DNA of 63,644 bases, counting the filler, from Phoronis australis (taxonomy: Eukaryota; Animalia; Phoronida), in NCBI GenBank assembly GCA_002633005.1. It is 8 parts of 8 records of this genome, joined end to end, with 100 filler letters (N's around TTAATTAATTAA, not from the genome) between each part and the next. Parts side by side here need not be neighbours in the genome. Positions count along the whole stretch, not along the records: positions 13,153 to 18,410 come from NMRA01001051.1; positions 18,511 to 33,223 come from NMRA01001547.1; 6 more parts are not named here. The stretch is one strand, 5' to 3'. Position numbers and translations under genes: made by a program. Every line of letters begins with the position of its first letter. Within the stretch, counting starts at the first letter, position 1. Below are positions 13,860 to 26,443 of this stretch, in pieces. The notes beneath the pieces were generated by a model that saw only the letters and a list, made by a program, of their open reading frames with translations, was not told the DNA's origin and made no database searches.

Positions 13860-13912
13860 AAACACAGGATTCGAACCTGTGAGTCTCACGAGCTCAAACC
13901 ACTGAGCCACAC
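13860..13912 (-). repeat. tRNA-derived SINE head fragment
   Basis: Minus strand has A-box TGGCTCAGTGG (13899-13909) and B-box GGTTCGAATCC (13867-13877); no complete cloverleaf seen. Confidence 0.5.
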
Positions 13913-14877
13913 TGTCTACAAATAATCAGAGACCAAACACTTTTTGAGTGATTTGCTATAATGCAAAAAAAATCCCAGTTTTATCACTGAAACTGGTATT
14001 TATCCACGGCTGAAACACGATTCACCTGGTGACCAATGGGGATATGGGCGCCTGGGACTGACTGGTAAACTAAAGCACCTACTTTGGAATTAAAAAAGAC
14101 CAAGTTATAATTCGCGGTTGTAGGATACATATTGATAATATTCTTACCAATCACTATCATCTAATCGCAACTCCTGCGCACCTTCAGTCTGTTGACGTTC
14201 ACAGGACGAACCCGCTGGGAGTGAGTCTTCGGCGACCAGAGAAAGGGCCGTGAAAGGAATCGAGGGAGAACGGCTCCACTACAGAAAAGCTGTGAACACA
14301 TATTGTTCCTCTGGGATCTGTCACCTCCACCTCCACGTCCGAAAGGTCGGAATCATCTGAAAAGTCCACCTGTCCGTCCCTGTATCGTTCAAAGTATCCC
14401 TCATCTACGCAGCTGTACTCACTTGGACACAAATTGCTTCCTTTGTGTTCCCCAACACCACGTCACAGATGAGTAACGAACGAAAATGGCGCCGTTTCTA
14501 TTCTCCATTACAACGATGGCGTTACAACACCACGGCACTAAATATGTAAATAACTTTGTATAGTGGCGTACAATTCAGTTCATGTTAAGAATATAGCAAT
14601 GATAATTACAAACTAGAATTTAGACCATATTGTTGTTCAGATTGGTTTGGACCTTGCAATTTCCTCTTTAAAATGAGAACAACTGACCGTGACGGCTCCA
14701 TCTTTTGGGGCGGCCCACAACTATCCTGATGTGTTCTGTCTCTGCCAAGCTTTTGGTGGGTTTTCATAAAAGTTGGTGTTCGTTCTGAAGGTACGTAATT
14801 TCGATTTTATCCATGTGTGCCTCATGAAATTAAACAAATAAGTTTCTATGAGAGAGAAAAAGGAACCTGCACAAATG

Positions 14878-16480
14878 ACGTATAGCAAGCTCCAACCCCT
14901 TGCGAAAAGTCACGTGTTTTTTGCACTAACCGAAAACGCTTCGACACAGACAACAGGTGATGCTTTTCAGCAAAGAATCCTACGTTTATGGTGTGGGAAG
15001 TTGCAAAGGTGACGATGAAAAAATAAGTGTTCGAGGAAAAACCGAAGAACCTCCCCCTCACCACCTGTCAAATGACAATGCCACGGATGCGACATGTTCA
15101 TGTAAAGCGGGGTATGTACATTTACCTTAAAGTCGAATTATCTGTACGATGCCATAAATTTTGGGATGTTTCGAGCAAAATGAGTGAAGATTCACTGGTA
15201 TTTTTATTCTGTCGTTTTCCAAATGAAAAGTAGGTCACAACTGCCCGTTGGACTCCCCGAGTAAAGTAGGTCGAGTCGATAGCACTATTAACGCTTTTCT
15301 ATTCTTCGAACGAAGTATTTCGATTAAAAAACTCAGGTTTATAGGTCAAGTACACACTCATCTTGTCCAAGGCAAGCTGTTATCTCAGGTAGGTATAAGG
15401 GTGTGTCCAAGTCAAACTAATGCACGTGATTGCACCATTAAGACATTTAAGTTAGGTTTACATGTACCTTCTGAAAATATTCGCATTTTTGTAGTTTCAC
15501 TGCATTTAAGGTAGCTTGCAGTTACTTTTAAACGTGACATCAACATTAAACTGTGGTGTTGTTACAAAAAATGACGAGTCTGGTGCAGTGGCAAAAATGT
15601 CTATTTACAAAAATAAATTAGATTCCTTTTTATAGCTTCAAGCATCATAACTCGAAATATCATGTTTTAACAACCTCAGAATGAGCTTTCTGTAGCCCTA
15701 CAGGCGAAGTGTATGCTTGAAGTTCTCATCAAAATGTAATTCAACTGTTTAATTTTTCGTTTTTCGTGACAACAGCTCAAACAAGGCTTTGAGTTCAGCA
15801 ATCCAGTGCCCCTCCCTGTGTCGATCGAATCTCTCAATTTTAGAAAAAAGTTCAGCTGAACGCCAGATTACGGGTATATGAATGACAAAAATATACCTCT
15901 GCTACGAAACAAAACGATGTTTATAGATCGAAATAACTAAAAATAGTAAAAACATAAAAACAATTTCCAGGGCTATCGGTAGACTATAGTGCTGAGGTGC
16001 CGAGAGGGCGGCCAGAGGATTAAAACTCCGGAGTCAAAATCAGATGACCCTACACTATAGTCACCAAACTGAAAAGTGTGTGTTTTGGAACAAATATATT
16101 TGTGTTTAATCTTCGAGTAATCAAGCAACATTGCCAAGTTCAGATGCCCGTGTACGTGGCCGTAATTCGTACAGTTTCATACATAGTTTAAACCTTTCCA
16201 CATCACTTTTCGGGTTAGGATATGCCCAGAAAATGACGGGATATTCCTATCGAGCCGCATAACGGCTGTCAGAATTACACACGCCATATCAACACTGTAT
16301 CACCATTCTTATCACGCAATTTCTTGACCTATAGACTAAAATGGATTTTACACGACAACGTATTGTTTGTCGGTTAAAGTAACGGCTTGGAAACGCAGAC
16401 GAAGGTGTGTCAAGAATGCTCGGTTCTGATTGGTCAATTAAGACTTCAGTCGTAATCCTGGGGATAGGTGACAGGTCGAT
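14878..16480 (+). repeat. Dispersed non-coding repeat (~1.6 kb), copy 1
   Basis: Collinear similarity to 43105-44620 (e.g. tgcgaaaagtcacgtg, cttaaagtcgaattatctgtacgat, gcagacgaaggtgtg) and partially to the reverse complement of ~2880-3255. Confidence 0.8.
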
Positions 16481-19279
16481 TACTATATATCGGTTTGAAT
16501 CAATGCTGTGCACCTTAGTGGCCATGATTATTATTTTTGGCGTCGGGCTCCCTCTAATAGTTTGAAGATTCATCATCAAGTTTGCAGGTGTTTACCCCTC
16601 AGGAAAGCATGACCGACACAAATTCTTGAAGAAGTCCATGCAGAGCATCACAGCGGCAATTTTAGCTTTTTTTCTCGAGTTCTTCACCTAATGAGGTACA
16701 GAACAGTTCTCACAGGGTTTTGCCTATCAGAACACACGTCAATGGACTCTACCCTTTCTTCACTCTGTTAAAAAGTGCATGCAAAGAACGAAAAGTTTTG
16801 AGTCATTTCATATCAGAAGCACTACAGATGAGCACAGAAACTTTATTCTTTCTTGAATTTTTAACCCTTTCACTCCCACTGAAAACCAAGCTAGACTAAA
16901 AAATAGGAACAAAAAATGCAAAATCGGCGCTTTTCACCCTAAAACCACCACTTCCCTGCCGATGCTCGACCAAAGCCAGCATTATATTCCGAAAGCAAAT
17001 TTCCTTCCGATTCCAAAAATTTGGTCCAAAAGTACTGTCAACCAATTAGTTTTTTTTTGCAAATCTGTGGCTTGTTTGAGGGCTACCCGAAATCTCGGCC
17101 AATTTCTCAGTTGCTACACAGCAATGCACAATTTGCAACAGAGGGCCACCACCTTGAAGAAGAGTGCAGCTACAACCGAGAAAGTGGCTTTTTAATTCTC
17201 AGCATGTTCCCAAATACAAACAAACCACATTCACTTGGCCTGCATACCTAATACAAATACCCCCAAGCCTGGCGTACACCTAGATTTTAATATTTTGGGA
17301 GTGCAAATTGGCCGCAGCTGCAGCCTAAATGTTCAGTGCCACCTATCTCTACGAAATCTTACATATCTCTGCTTGATGGATTTTAATAGAGACTATCGTG
17401 CAATTTCTGACAGATCCTTCTACTGTGGCACCCTGTACAGTGTGGTGCTAAATTTATGTTTGTTTTTCTCTCAATGTCCCAGATGGATCTTCATTAAATT
17501 TATCGTGTGCGTTTCTATTAAGTAGAGCACGACTGGTGTTCCTTTTTGAACAGATCAGACTACTGTGGTGCTCCCTTGTGGTAAATTGAATTTTAATTGT
17601 TTGCCTTAACATCTACCAATGTTGTTCGTGTATCTTCGTGAAATGTAGCATATGATCAGTGCCGATTGACTAACACACGCGTGGTGTTGAATTTGAACTG
17701 ATCTGACAGTAGCGGCAAACTGACATTGTGTCTGCCTTGATATCATCCAAATTATTGATGGGTTTACATGAAAAATTTCTTACCTTTGCTAGCATGCACT
17801 AGAGAGAGGTACACTGTAGCTCAATTAGAGCACTCTGCCAGATTTTGACAAACTTTGTTATTTGCTTTAAGTGTTTTTACGTAACATATAGGCAGTATAC
17901 TGTGAATATGTGTGGTCAGTGAGATGAATTTATTGGAGTTTGTCAAGATCACGAAAGTTTTTGGTAAATTTCCTACCATACACGTATAACTTAAACAAAG
18001 CACGTACATGTACATGCATGGTATCGCACAATCTTTCACTTGCGAAAATTTTCCGTTACAGAATGAGCCTTCGTGTTACACGAGACGTATCTCGAAAAAG
18101 CATACTGATTATAAAGAATACAAAGCTGAGTCGTAAACACAAAGAAAATGTCAAGTACTGAAGTACATAATGATTGTATTTACCAATGGACCATGCACTA
18201 GATCTTTCCATTACAACATCTGTGTAATAGGATAGATCACAGTAATACAACTTACATGTATCTCAATTAGCCCTGTTAGCAGTCTAAGCTACCACACTAT
18301 GAGATCTATTTTCTCGACTTTGGTGATACTTGGCAGCCACAAAAACAATGCCAAGACCAGTGGCGGATTTAGAGAGCGACCAAGGGGGGCATGGCACCCC
18401 TTAAATTTCTNNNNNNNNNNNNNNNNNNNNNNNNNNNNNNNNNNNNNNNNNNNNTTAATTAATTAANNNNNNNNNNNNNNNNNNNNNNNNNNNNNNNNNN
18501 NNNNNNNNNNGAAAATATGTCTAGGATAACCAACCAACCTTATTTTAGCTCAAAATGACATGGAAAAAGGTTGCCTTCGCCTTTAAGATCATGCACTGGA
18601 ATTTGTCTTTAAAAGCGGTCAGTTGTGGTGCAAGTTACCAGAAGAAAATAACCTTGACATGGCAACATAATTTAGAAACTTAGGCACACATAGAGTGAAT
18701 TTTGAGTTAATTATGTGCACAAACTTTCATCGCTGCTTTCCTAGTAAAGATCTTGATGAGAAACACCAAGGCGATTATTCGCATCGTTACAAAATCGTCG
18801 ACAAACTGCCTTCGTGTAATTCACAAACAGTTCTTCTAGCTTTCGATTCCATATGTACCACTTACGCTGAGGATTTCACTAGGGCGCTCGAAGGCCGGGC
18901 TACGAATTATGGTCAGTGTAATTTACGTTGCAATTAATAACTTTCTGTAGTATGCAAGTAACAAAAACAATCTTTTATTAAAAAATACTTGTATATCTGG
19001 TGTCAAGAGGGTATTTTTGTCACTGGAGTCTATTTTCAAAACCGACTGCGACCACCTGGTTCAACGCCCACGTTTCCGCAGTGGAACCAACTGGTTGTTC
19101 ACACATAACAACCTGAAACCTACACCTCTAATATTACCGACACGTCACATTACCGGGCTACATGTACAACAGCTTACGTAAGTATTTTGCAAAAATAATT
19201 CATAGATTTAAATGACGTGGATATCGATTATGCGTATATGTAAACGTCGCATGTTGCGATAGAGATGTAGACCGACATA

Positions 19280-19441
19280 CATGGGTGGATCCAGGATTTT
19301 GAGTTAGGGGGAGCCAGGGAAGAGTATTAGCCAGAATTTTGCCTGTCAGACATAGGCAATCCCGAACTGCCCAATGGAATCTTGGAGAATTTTAGGGGGG
19401 GGGGGCATGGCACCCTTGGGCCCCCTCTAAATCCGCCACTG
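19280..19441 (+). mobile_element. ~160-bp MITE, same family as 5408
   Basis: Termini catgggtgga...tccgccactg, flanked on both sides by ACATA (possible 5-bp target-site duplication). Confidence 0.75.
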
Positions 19442-20075
19442 ACATAGCATTATTAAAAACGGCCCGAACACTTTTCAATACAGCTCTTGCTGTGACTCCT
19501 ATAAGCGCTTGACAGGCGATATCTATCTTATACCCTTTTCAGAAGTGCACTAAAGGACCACGGGGCCAGAACAACGTTAAGAGAAAATTTGAAAAATGAC
19601 CGCCATGGGGCAACGTTTTGACCAATTTCACCCTAAAACAACAGGCCTCGAGAAGTCAAAAAATACGTGTTGCGTTAATTTCATGTCCGACTGGTTGGAC
19701 GAAAAATGCGACGTACCAGCAGGGTGAATTCGAAAAAAAAAACAAAACAAACTTCAGGACTAAGCACCACTTATGCTGAAGTATGATTTCGCCAAGCAAC
19801 AAATTACCTGGTGTACCAATAAACAATTCCAACACAATATGAAGATACTGTACTGTAGCAGCTGGCGACAACTTTGAAGGTACTCACAACGTCAGCAACA
19901 ACCTGCACGGACTGATAAAGGATGCGACAGTAACTTACTCTAGGCTACGTGCACCAGCGCTTAGCAAAAAAAAAAGTTGCGAGTTTTGGTGAAAACGTCC
20001 CCTGGAGCGTTTGTCCCCCTCCGTTCTCAGTTCACCCACACTCACTACTGACCACAATCTTTCATTTCAGCGGAC

Positions 20076-21458
20076 ATGACTTGCCAGGGTAACCTGATGT
20101 GCTTGGTCTGCTTCTTGATGGCGCACGTGACATTGTCATTGGCGTGTCCTGAAAACTGCACGTGCACTCGGAACTCGACCGAGTAAATCTGTAAAGGTCT
20201 AGCGGAGATTCCAACAACCTTCAACTCGCCTGTGTTGAAATTCACGTGTGGAAACTGTCGCCTGCGGCAAATAACAGCAAGCTCTTTGGTAGGATTGACT
20301 CAAGCCGAGAATATTAGATTATATGAATCAGAAGTAAAGACCGTTGAACCGCTTGCATTTTCTGCTTTGAAGAATTTAAAAATGCTTACTTTATACAAAA
20401 ACCAACTAACCACACTAGATGGGCGCTCGTTTATAGGATGCAACAAACTGACTTACTTCAGCATTCGAAAGAATGCGGTGGAAACTATAAAACACGGACT
20501 GGGGATGTTGCACAGTTTGGAAGTTTTAGAATTGGGCTACAATAAGCTTAAGGATAATCCGAAATTCCTAATGTCGTCATGGTTCCCAAACCTAAAGGAC
20601 ATCTATTTGGAAGGCAATGTTATTGAAGAAATTTACCCCTATTCCTTTTTTGGTTTACCAGCACTGAGGTATCTGGAACTGAGATCCAACCACATCCACA
20701 CGATTCTCAACCACGGCTTAGAGGGACTTGGGAACCTCAAAACACTAGACTTGAGAAGCAACGAGCTTAGCGACCTGCCGAAGGATGTATGGAAACCATT
20801 GAGGAAGCTTGTCGATTTACATTTAGACAGAAATAGATTATCGGTTATCAAGAACGGTATGTTTGACCACTGTGAACACCTTCAAGAATTGGAGCTGGAA
20901 GACACGAAAACAGGAATTACAGCTGTTGAAAAGGACACATTTCTAAAACTGGAGAGTCTTAAATCAATATCTCTGCAGGGCAACGCGTTTCCTCTGCAAG
21001 ACGAGTCGTTGTTCAATTCCATGCGAAACCTCACTTTCTTGGATCTTAAATATAACAACTGCACACAAACCCCCGAGAACATGAAGCTACCAAACCTTGA
21101 CATGCTTGACATAAGAGGAAATGCGATAAGGAAGTTGACTCCTATGAGTTTTCCCAAGCTCAGAACGTTTTTGGCAAGCACAAATGAACTGACATATATC
21201 CCACAATACCTTCAATTATCCGCCTCACCACAACTCTCCAGGGTGACCCTTTCTAAAAACAAGCTGACCAAATTATCACCTTTACCGCTAGCTAACTTCA
21301 ATCTCACGCGGCTAGAAGTCTCAAAGAACTACATTTCAACGTTTCCGGAATCAGAACTCAGACCACTGTTCTCTAAAATCATGTACGTAAACATCGACTA
21401 CAATCCCATACACTGCAACTGCGAAGCAAAATGGTTGAAATCTGTTACGTCAAAGTGA
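20076..21458 (+). pseudogene. LRR(-Ig) paralog A, pseudogene
   Basis: The true start is ATG 20076 (MTCQGNLMCLVCFLMAHVTLSLACPENCTC, signal peptide + LRRNT). An in-frame TAA at 20184-20186 falls where both paralogs have Tyr (TAC). About 17 LRRs follow, and the frame ends mid-LRRCT (NPIHCNCEAKWLKSVTSK*) with no Ig domain. Confidence 0.85.
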
Positions 21459-21459
21459 T

Positions 21460-23500
21460 TTTTGAATACTATTGTTGTATCATTTTATCTGCAGAGGGAG
21501 AGGGTGATTATTCGATTGCTATTTAAATGTAGTTAGTTTTTTGTGTAGTTTTGATTCAACCTGCAGTCTTAGCTAACCGATGATTGTGCATGACCTTGTT
21601 TCCATCATTATGAATTTGTCCAACGGCTCTGTAAAAGTTTTAATTAACCAATAATGATCTTGTGGGCGTAATTTGTAGATTTTCACAGATTTTCCGTGTA
21701 GTTGTGTATCAGATAATAAGACTTGGCTTAGCTTGCTGTCTTGTGTCTGTCCAATTTGATACACCTCTCACTGTCAACTATCCACTCCAGTGTTAGACAA
21801 GCAGTCAGTACGTTTGTGAATGGATAATACCTTAGGGGTCCGCTTGCATTTTTTTAGCTTTGTGATTTTGGCGAGCTGGAGTATCACAAACGTCTTAATA
21901 TTGATGAGGCTATTGTAGCGAAAACCAGGTTAAAAACACTGGAATAAAATGACTTGAGTAGAGCGTAGGACATGCTGAAGCCACACGTAGACCATGCGGT
22001 TATTTTTCACGTCACTCTGTTATTTCCCTTCAAGAATTTTAAACAAGTCAGTTATTGAAGGACCAGCATGTAAATTCAGTCCCTCAGGCGCCACTAGCGA
22101 CTTGTCATTTTATTCCAGTGTAAAAATTGATTTGACAGTTCTCGTGCACTGTCAATCATCCTGGTGTACAAGCAGCGTTCTGTTTTCATAAAACTGTCAG
22201 GTTCACCTCTGACCTGCCTGTACCTGGTTGTTGTATCTCTGTAGTAATTGTGGTTTGTGCATATGTTTTATAAGTGTAACAGCCCAAAAGTTTCCCTGCC
22301 AGTACCACTCGGGTGTGTGGCGACATCTTTTGGCAGTGAAAAAAACATTTGAAGCCAAGCCTGTGTATTAGCCGGGAAACTTCAGCGGAAATTTGTGTAA
22401 CTTTTTTAAGAAAATTCAATAGCCGTTCATGCCCGTCTGAGGCTTTCAGCTTTTAGGCAACATTCCGAATGGTGATTTTTTATTCTTTGCACAGAAAGAA
22501 AACTATTTGAGAAACAAGTAACAGTGAAGTATAGCTTGATCTGTAGGGATGTAGTGTTATTGAGATGACACTATACTTTGCTGAAATGCTCATTAGAACT
22601 TTGTCAAAATCATTCAGCTCAGAAATTGTCAATAAATCTGGTCACCAAGCTCGTTTTGTTATCAGTCTAGAATAAGGGAGATCGAAAGTTGACTGCATTG
22701 CTTAGTGCAGCTATGTACCTCCGTTCCAAACAAGAAGTGAACTTCTGATTTGTACCATTTACCAATGTGAAATTAAGACTGTCTCGTTTCTTACTCCGAA
22801 TAGAAGTGATTTCAGAGTTTGCAAAAAACTAACAGTTAGTATTTCCTCGAGATCATGTTGTGCGCACCTACATGCTGTGAGGAGCGAATTTGAGAGCTTG
22901 GTCTTGAGTAATTCTAATAATGAGTTGTCAGTTCTTTCAAAGCTCCAAGATCACGTCCAGTGTTCTAAGTCTGAAAGTGGTTTTCGAGATGGAAGGCCGC
23001 TTTAATACATTACTGCTGTAATGTTCGTCTTTAATGATAAACCAGCAGGAATTAAATCCTGGAGATACCCTGATAAAGGGGCATTGTTTTAAAAAATACT
23101 AAACCCTGTTTTGAGGATTTCGACCGATTCGCATTGTATCACTTGATAATGCATCAATGACGTCCCACGAGTGATATAAGCAGGATTCAACTAACAGACT
23201 CCTTGTGTCACAGGTTGGATTATAGTTCTTGGTTCGTGGGCTTCCCTTGCGGTGAAATTCGCCTAAAGCGTAGGTCACGCTTGCGGTTTAGAAGATTTTG
23301 TAAGGAGTTTTCGGATTATGCTCCAAACATTTTTGGGTTGTCGAGCTGTTTCATGGAAAAATTTTGTTTCAAAGAACTAGAAGAAAAAGTTATTTTCAAC
23401 ATTTGTTAACAGGCCAAAACCATGGTTGTTATCCTTTTAACTTATTGCCGGTATCGAAGACTGTAAAAAATGGTTTCTGTTATCGACACCTGGGACTGAG
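21460..23500 (-). mobile_element. Possible highly degraded Penelope-like element truncating paralog A
   Basis: Minus strand near 23030-23095 reads FLKQC.../QDLIPAGLSLK, resembling Penelope-like N-termini. No RT motif seen; boundaries approximate. Confidence 0.25.
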
Positions 23501-24583
23501 CAGCTGCCCAACACCGCGCCTATATAGTGAACCTCGCCTACTGCAAGGCGCAGGGATACGCCATTTTCTAGTCAGAAAAATAAAAGGTAAGTTAATTTGC
23601 CAGGCTTTGTTTCTCGACCATTTTATTTGTGGATTTGGTTAAGCTTTACCTCGGAAATGTACGCATTCATGTACTAGTTAGCGTCTGCCGTAGTTCGATA
23701 AATTGTAAAGCAAATTTTTGTAAGCTAAGTGGAACAGTGTTGCTGTCATTAAAAGTGAACAATTTAAATCTTGGACTCGGAAGTCTTCAAAATCGAATAT
23801 TGTCTTTGAAACTTCTTTATACCCTGGGACGAGAATTTGTGGATGCAGTCCCATAGGACTCCTTGCGGGGAGAAAATTTCATTATTCAGGGTTTGTAAGG
23901 TTTTTAATCATTGCCGACGGGTGTTAGACGGAAAGAAGTCTTTGAGATGACGTGTTTGTTATAACATTTTTGTGGCCTATCAACAAAATACAAGTCTGCC
24001 TTATATGGTCACTATGCTACAGGTACCGTCATTACAAACTTTCTTTATTATAAATCTGTAGTCAACCCATGTCGACGTCACAGTTCGAGCACGTTCTAGA
24101 CACATCTCCGAAATTGCTTCTAAATTCAGCTTTCATAAGAAATTCGCTGCCGAACAACTACTCTTCAAGCCATGCAACACACTTGAAATTTTTCGTGCTC
24201 AATAGTCTGCACTCGCACGAAAGCATAGATATAATAACACGCAGTTCTCCACAATCCGAAGCTTTTGCTCGAGTGAGTGATGGGTCAGCCTGTCATTCTT
24301 GAGATCGTTTGTAAGCAATCCTCTGTGTCATTTTGGCAAGATTTACAACTTGGAACTTACTGTTAGAAAATCGATAGGCCTAAACTACGATTAGTTGAAA
24401 CGTGCATTATGACACAATAAACAAACGTACATGTAGTCTACGCCCTTCATAAGGTGGTTACAGGATGTGAAAGGCCATGAACAAGGCCCACAAAACTTTC
24501 AAGAAAACAGGGAGACTTATTTCCCGCTTTCGAATTTTTTACATAATTGATAAAGATACGTATGTTCTGATGGTCAAAATTCT

Positions 24584-24593
24584 GGGACTTTCC
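24584..24593 (+). promoter_or_regulatory. Canonical NF-kB site sequence GGGACTTTCC
   Basis: Exact match ending 72 nt before the paralog B ATG; function unproven. Confidence 0.3.
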
Positions 24594-24664
24594 TGCCTTT
24601 CTGTGCGCTGTGCTCTAGCGGAAATACATGTACAAAATAGGTTTGCTCTTTCGTTTCAGCAATC

Positions 24665-26443
24665 ATGAAAACCCGAAGTAACTTGCACCTAAGTGTTTAC
24701 ATCCTGTTAACCCACGTTGCCTCGTCATTTGCATGTCTAACAAACTGCACTTGCAATCAAGGGTCGACGTTGTACTCGTGTGACGGACTGACTAGGATTC
24801 CGACCAAGTTCAACACGGCAGTAATTGTCTTCCGGTGCTTTAATTGTCGTCTGGGACGAATCAAAGCAGACGACCTGATAGGACTGAAAGAAGTAAAATC
24901 CATTCACTTGTATGACTCAGAAGTAACACACATAGAACCTTACACGTTTTCTTCTTTAAAGAATTTAAACAGCGTTGGTTTCGATAACATTAGTCTCACC
25001 ACTCTAGATGGGCGCTCTTTCGCTGGATGCGACAAACTGAGGGATCTCTCTGTCAAGAGGAATCCAATCAAGGCAATAACACACGGATTGGGGACGCTAA
25101 GAAATTTGGAAAAGTTAAAGTTGGAAGGTAACAATCTTGAAGGAATCCAAGAATTTCTGAAGTCTTCAACGTTTCCAAAATTAAAGTACCTTGGCCTCAA
25201 TGACAACAAGTTGAAAGAAATAAAATCCCACTCTTTCCGTGGCCTGCCAGCTCTGACTGAGCTCTCTCTAGAGCGGAACAATATACATACAATTCACAAG
25301 AACGCATTTGAAGGTCTTGGCAACTTGAGGACACTACATCTGCAGGAAAACGACATAAAAGACCTTCCTAATGGAATTTGGATGCCACTGCAGATGTTAC
25401 AATATGTTTATTTTAACCGCAACAGAATATCGATAATCACTAACAAAATGTTTGAGTATTGTGAAAATCTTTTGGCGCTGTTACTAGACGACATGAAAAC
25501 GCCAGTTTTGGATATCGAAAAGAATGCTTTTCAATCGCTTAAGAGCTTATTATTTCTATATTTAAGAAATGGCGGTCTATCGTTAAAAGACGGCTCAGTG
25601 TTTAATTCAATGACCAATCTCGTGTATTTAACACTGTCGGGCAATAATTTCACCCATGTCCCCGAAAACATAGATTTGCCAAATTTGGAAACTTTAGACG
25701 TAAGTGCAAATATGATAAAAAAATTGTCCAAAATGAATACTCCGAAACTGAAAGAGTTCACAGCAAGAAGCAACCAAATAACGAACCTTCCGAATCTCGC
25801 TAAACTTGTCAACTCGACTGAGCTTTATCACGTGGATTTCTCTTACAACAGGCTGACAATGATATCATCCTCATCATTTAGTGAGTCTCCCCTTAACCAT
25901 TTGTACATTTCTGGGAACCAAATTAGAACTTTTCACCAAAGAGACCTCAAGCCCTTATTTGTAAAAATTAATCTTGTCTACATCGACAACAATCCTTTAC
26001 ATTGTAACTGCGAAGCAAAATGGCTAAAATCTTTGGGTTCTGTTCGTAGGACACAATGTAAAACCCCACACACCAAGAAGTTAGAATACGCCAGTTCTTC
26101 AGAACTGAAGTGCACGAAGCCAACTATAATTTCTAGCGGGACTGCAATTTCTAACATTGGAGAGAAATGTTATCTGTCTTGCAAAGCAATCGGAGACCCT
26201 ATCCCAAGTGTTCATTGGGAGGTCATGTATATCGTGAAAGGCAAGGTCGTGAAAGAGAAATTTCCCATCGCCAGCAGCAACGCCACCATTTCCATTGGTA
26301 GTTTTGGACCAATCGGAGGCATGTATCGAAAGGTAAACGTAGATATTTCGCGTGCAAGTGTTCCAGGGGTCGTTGTAGCGTTCACGTGCAACGCGAGAAA
26401 TGTAGGTGGAAATACCACATTTACTTTGCCATTCACATGTTGA
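24665..26443 (+). CDS. Secreted LRR + Ig-domain protein, paralog B (592 aa, intact, single coding exon)
   Basis: Hydrophobic signal peptide, LRRNT (CLTNCTC...C), ~17 LxxLxLxxN repeats, LRRCT (NPLHCNC...C...C), Ig-like domain (LSCKAIGDPIPSVHW...FTCNARNVGG), then stop with no TM segment. AATAAA at 26493. Confidence 0.93.
   Translation: MKTRSNLHLSVYILLTHVASSFACLTNCTCNQGSTLYSCDGLTRIPTKFNTAVIVFRCFNCRLGRIKADDLIGLKEVKSIHLYDSEVTHIEPYTFSSLKNLNSVGFDNISLTTLDGRSFAGCDKLRDLSVKRNPIKAITHGLGTLRNLEKLKLEGNNLEGIQEFLKSSTFPKLKYLGLNDNKLKEIKSHSFRGLPALTELSLERNNIHTIHKNAFEGLGNLRTLHLQENDIKDLPNGIWMPLQMLQYVYFNRNRISIITNKMFEYCENLLALLLDDMKTPVLDIEKNAFQSLKSLLFLYLRNGGLSLKDGSVFNSMTNLVYLTLSGNNFTHVPENIDLPNLETLDVSANMIKKLSKMNTPKLKEFTARSNQITNLPNLAKLVNSTELYHVDFSYNRLTMISSSSFSESPLNHLYISGNQIRTFHQRDLKPLFVKINLVYIDNNPLHCNCEAKWLKSLGSVRRTQCKTPHTKKLEYASSSELKCTKPTIISSGTAISNIGEKCYLSCKAIGDPIPSVHWEVMYIVKGKVVKEKFPIASSNATISIGSFGPIGGMYRKVNVDISRASVPGVVVAFTCNARNVGGNTTFTLPFTC

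Noticed and set aside
13860-13912. Functional tRNA gene
   Set aside because: A and B boxes are present but too close together, with no acceptor or anticodon stem; treated as a SINE-like fragment.
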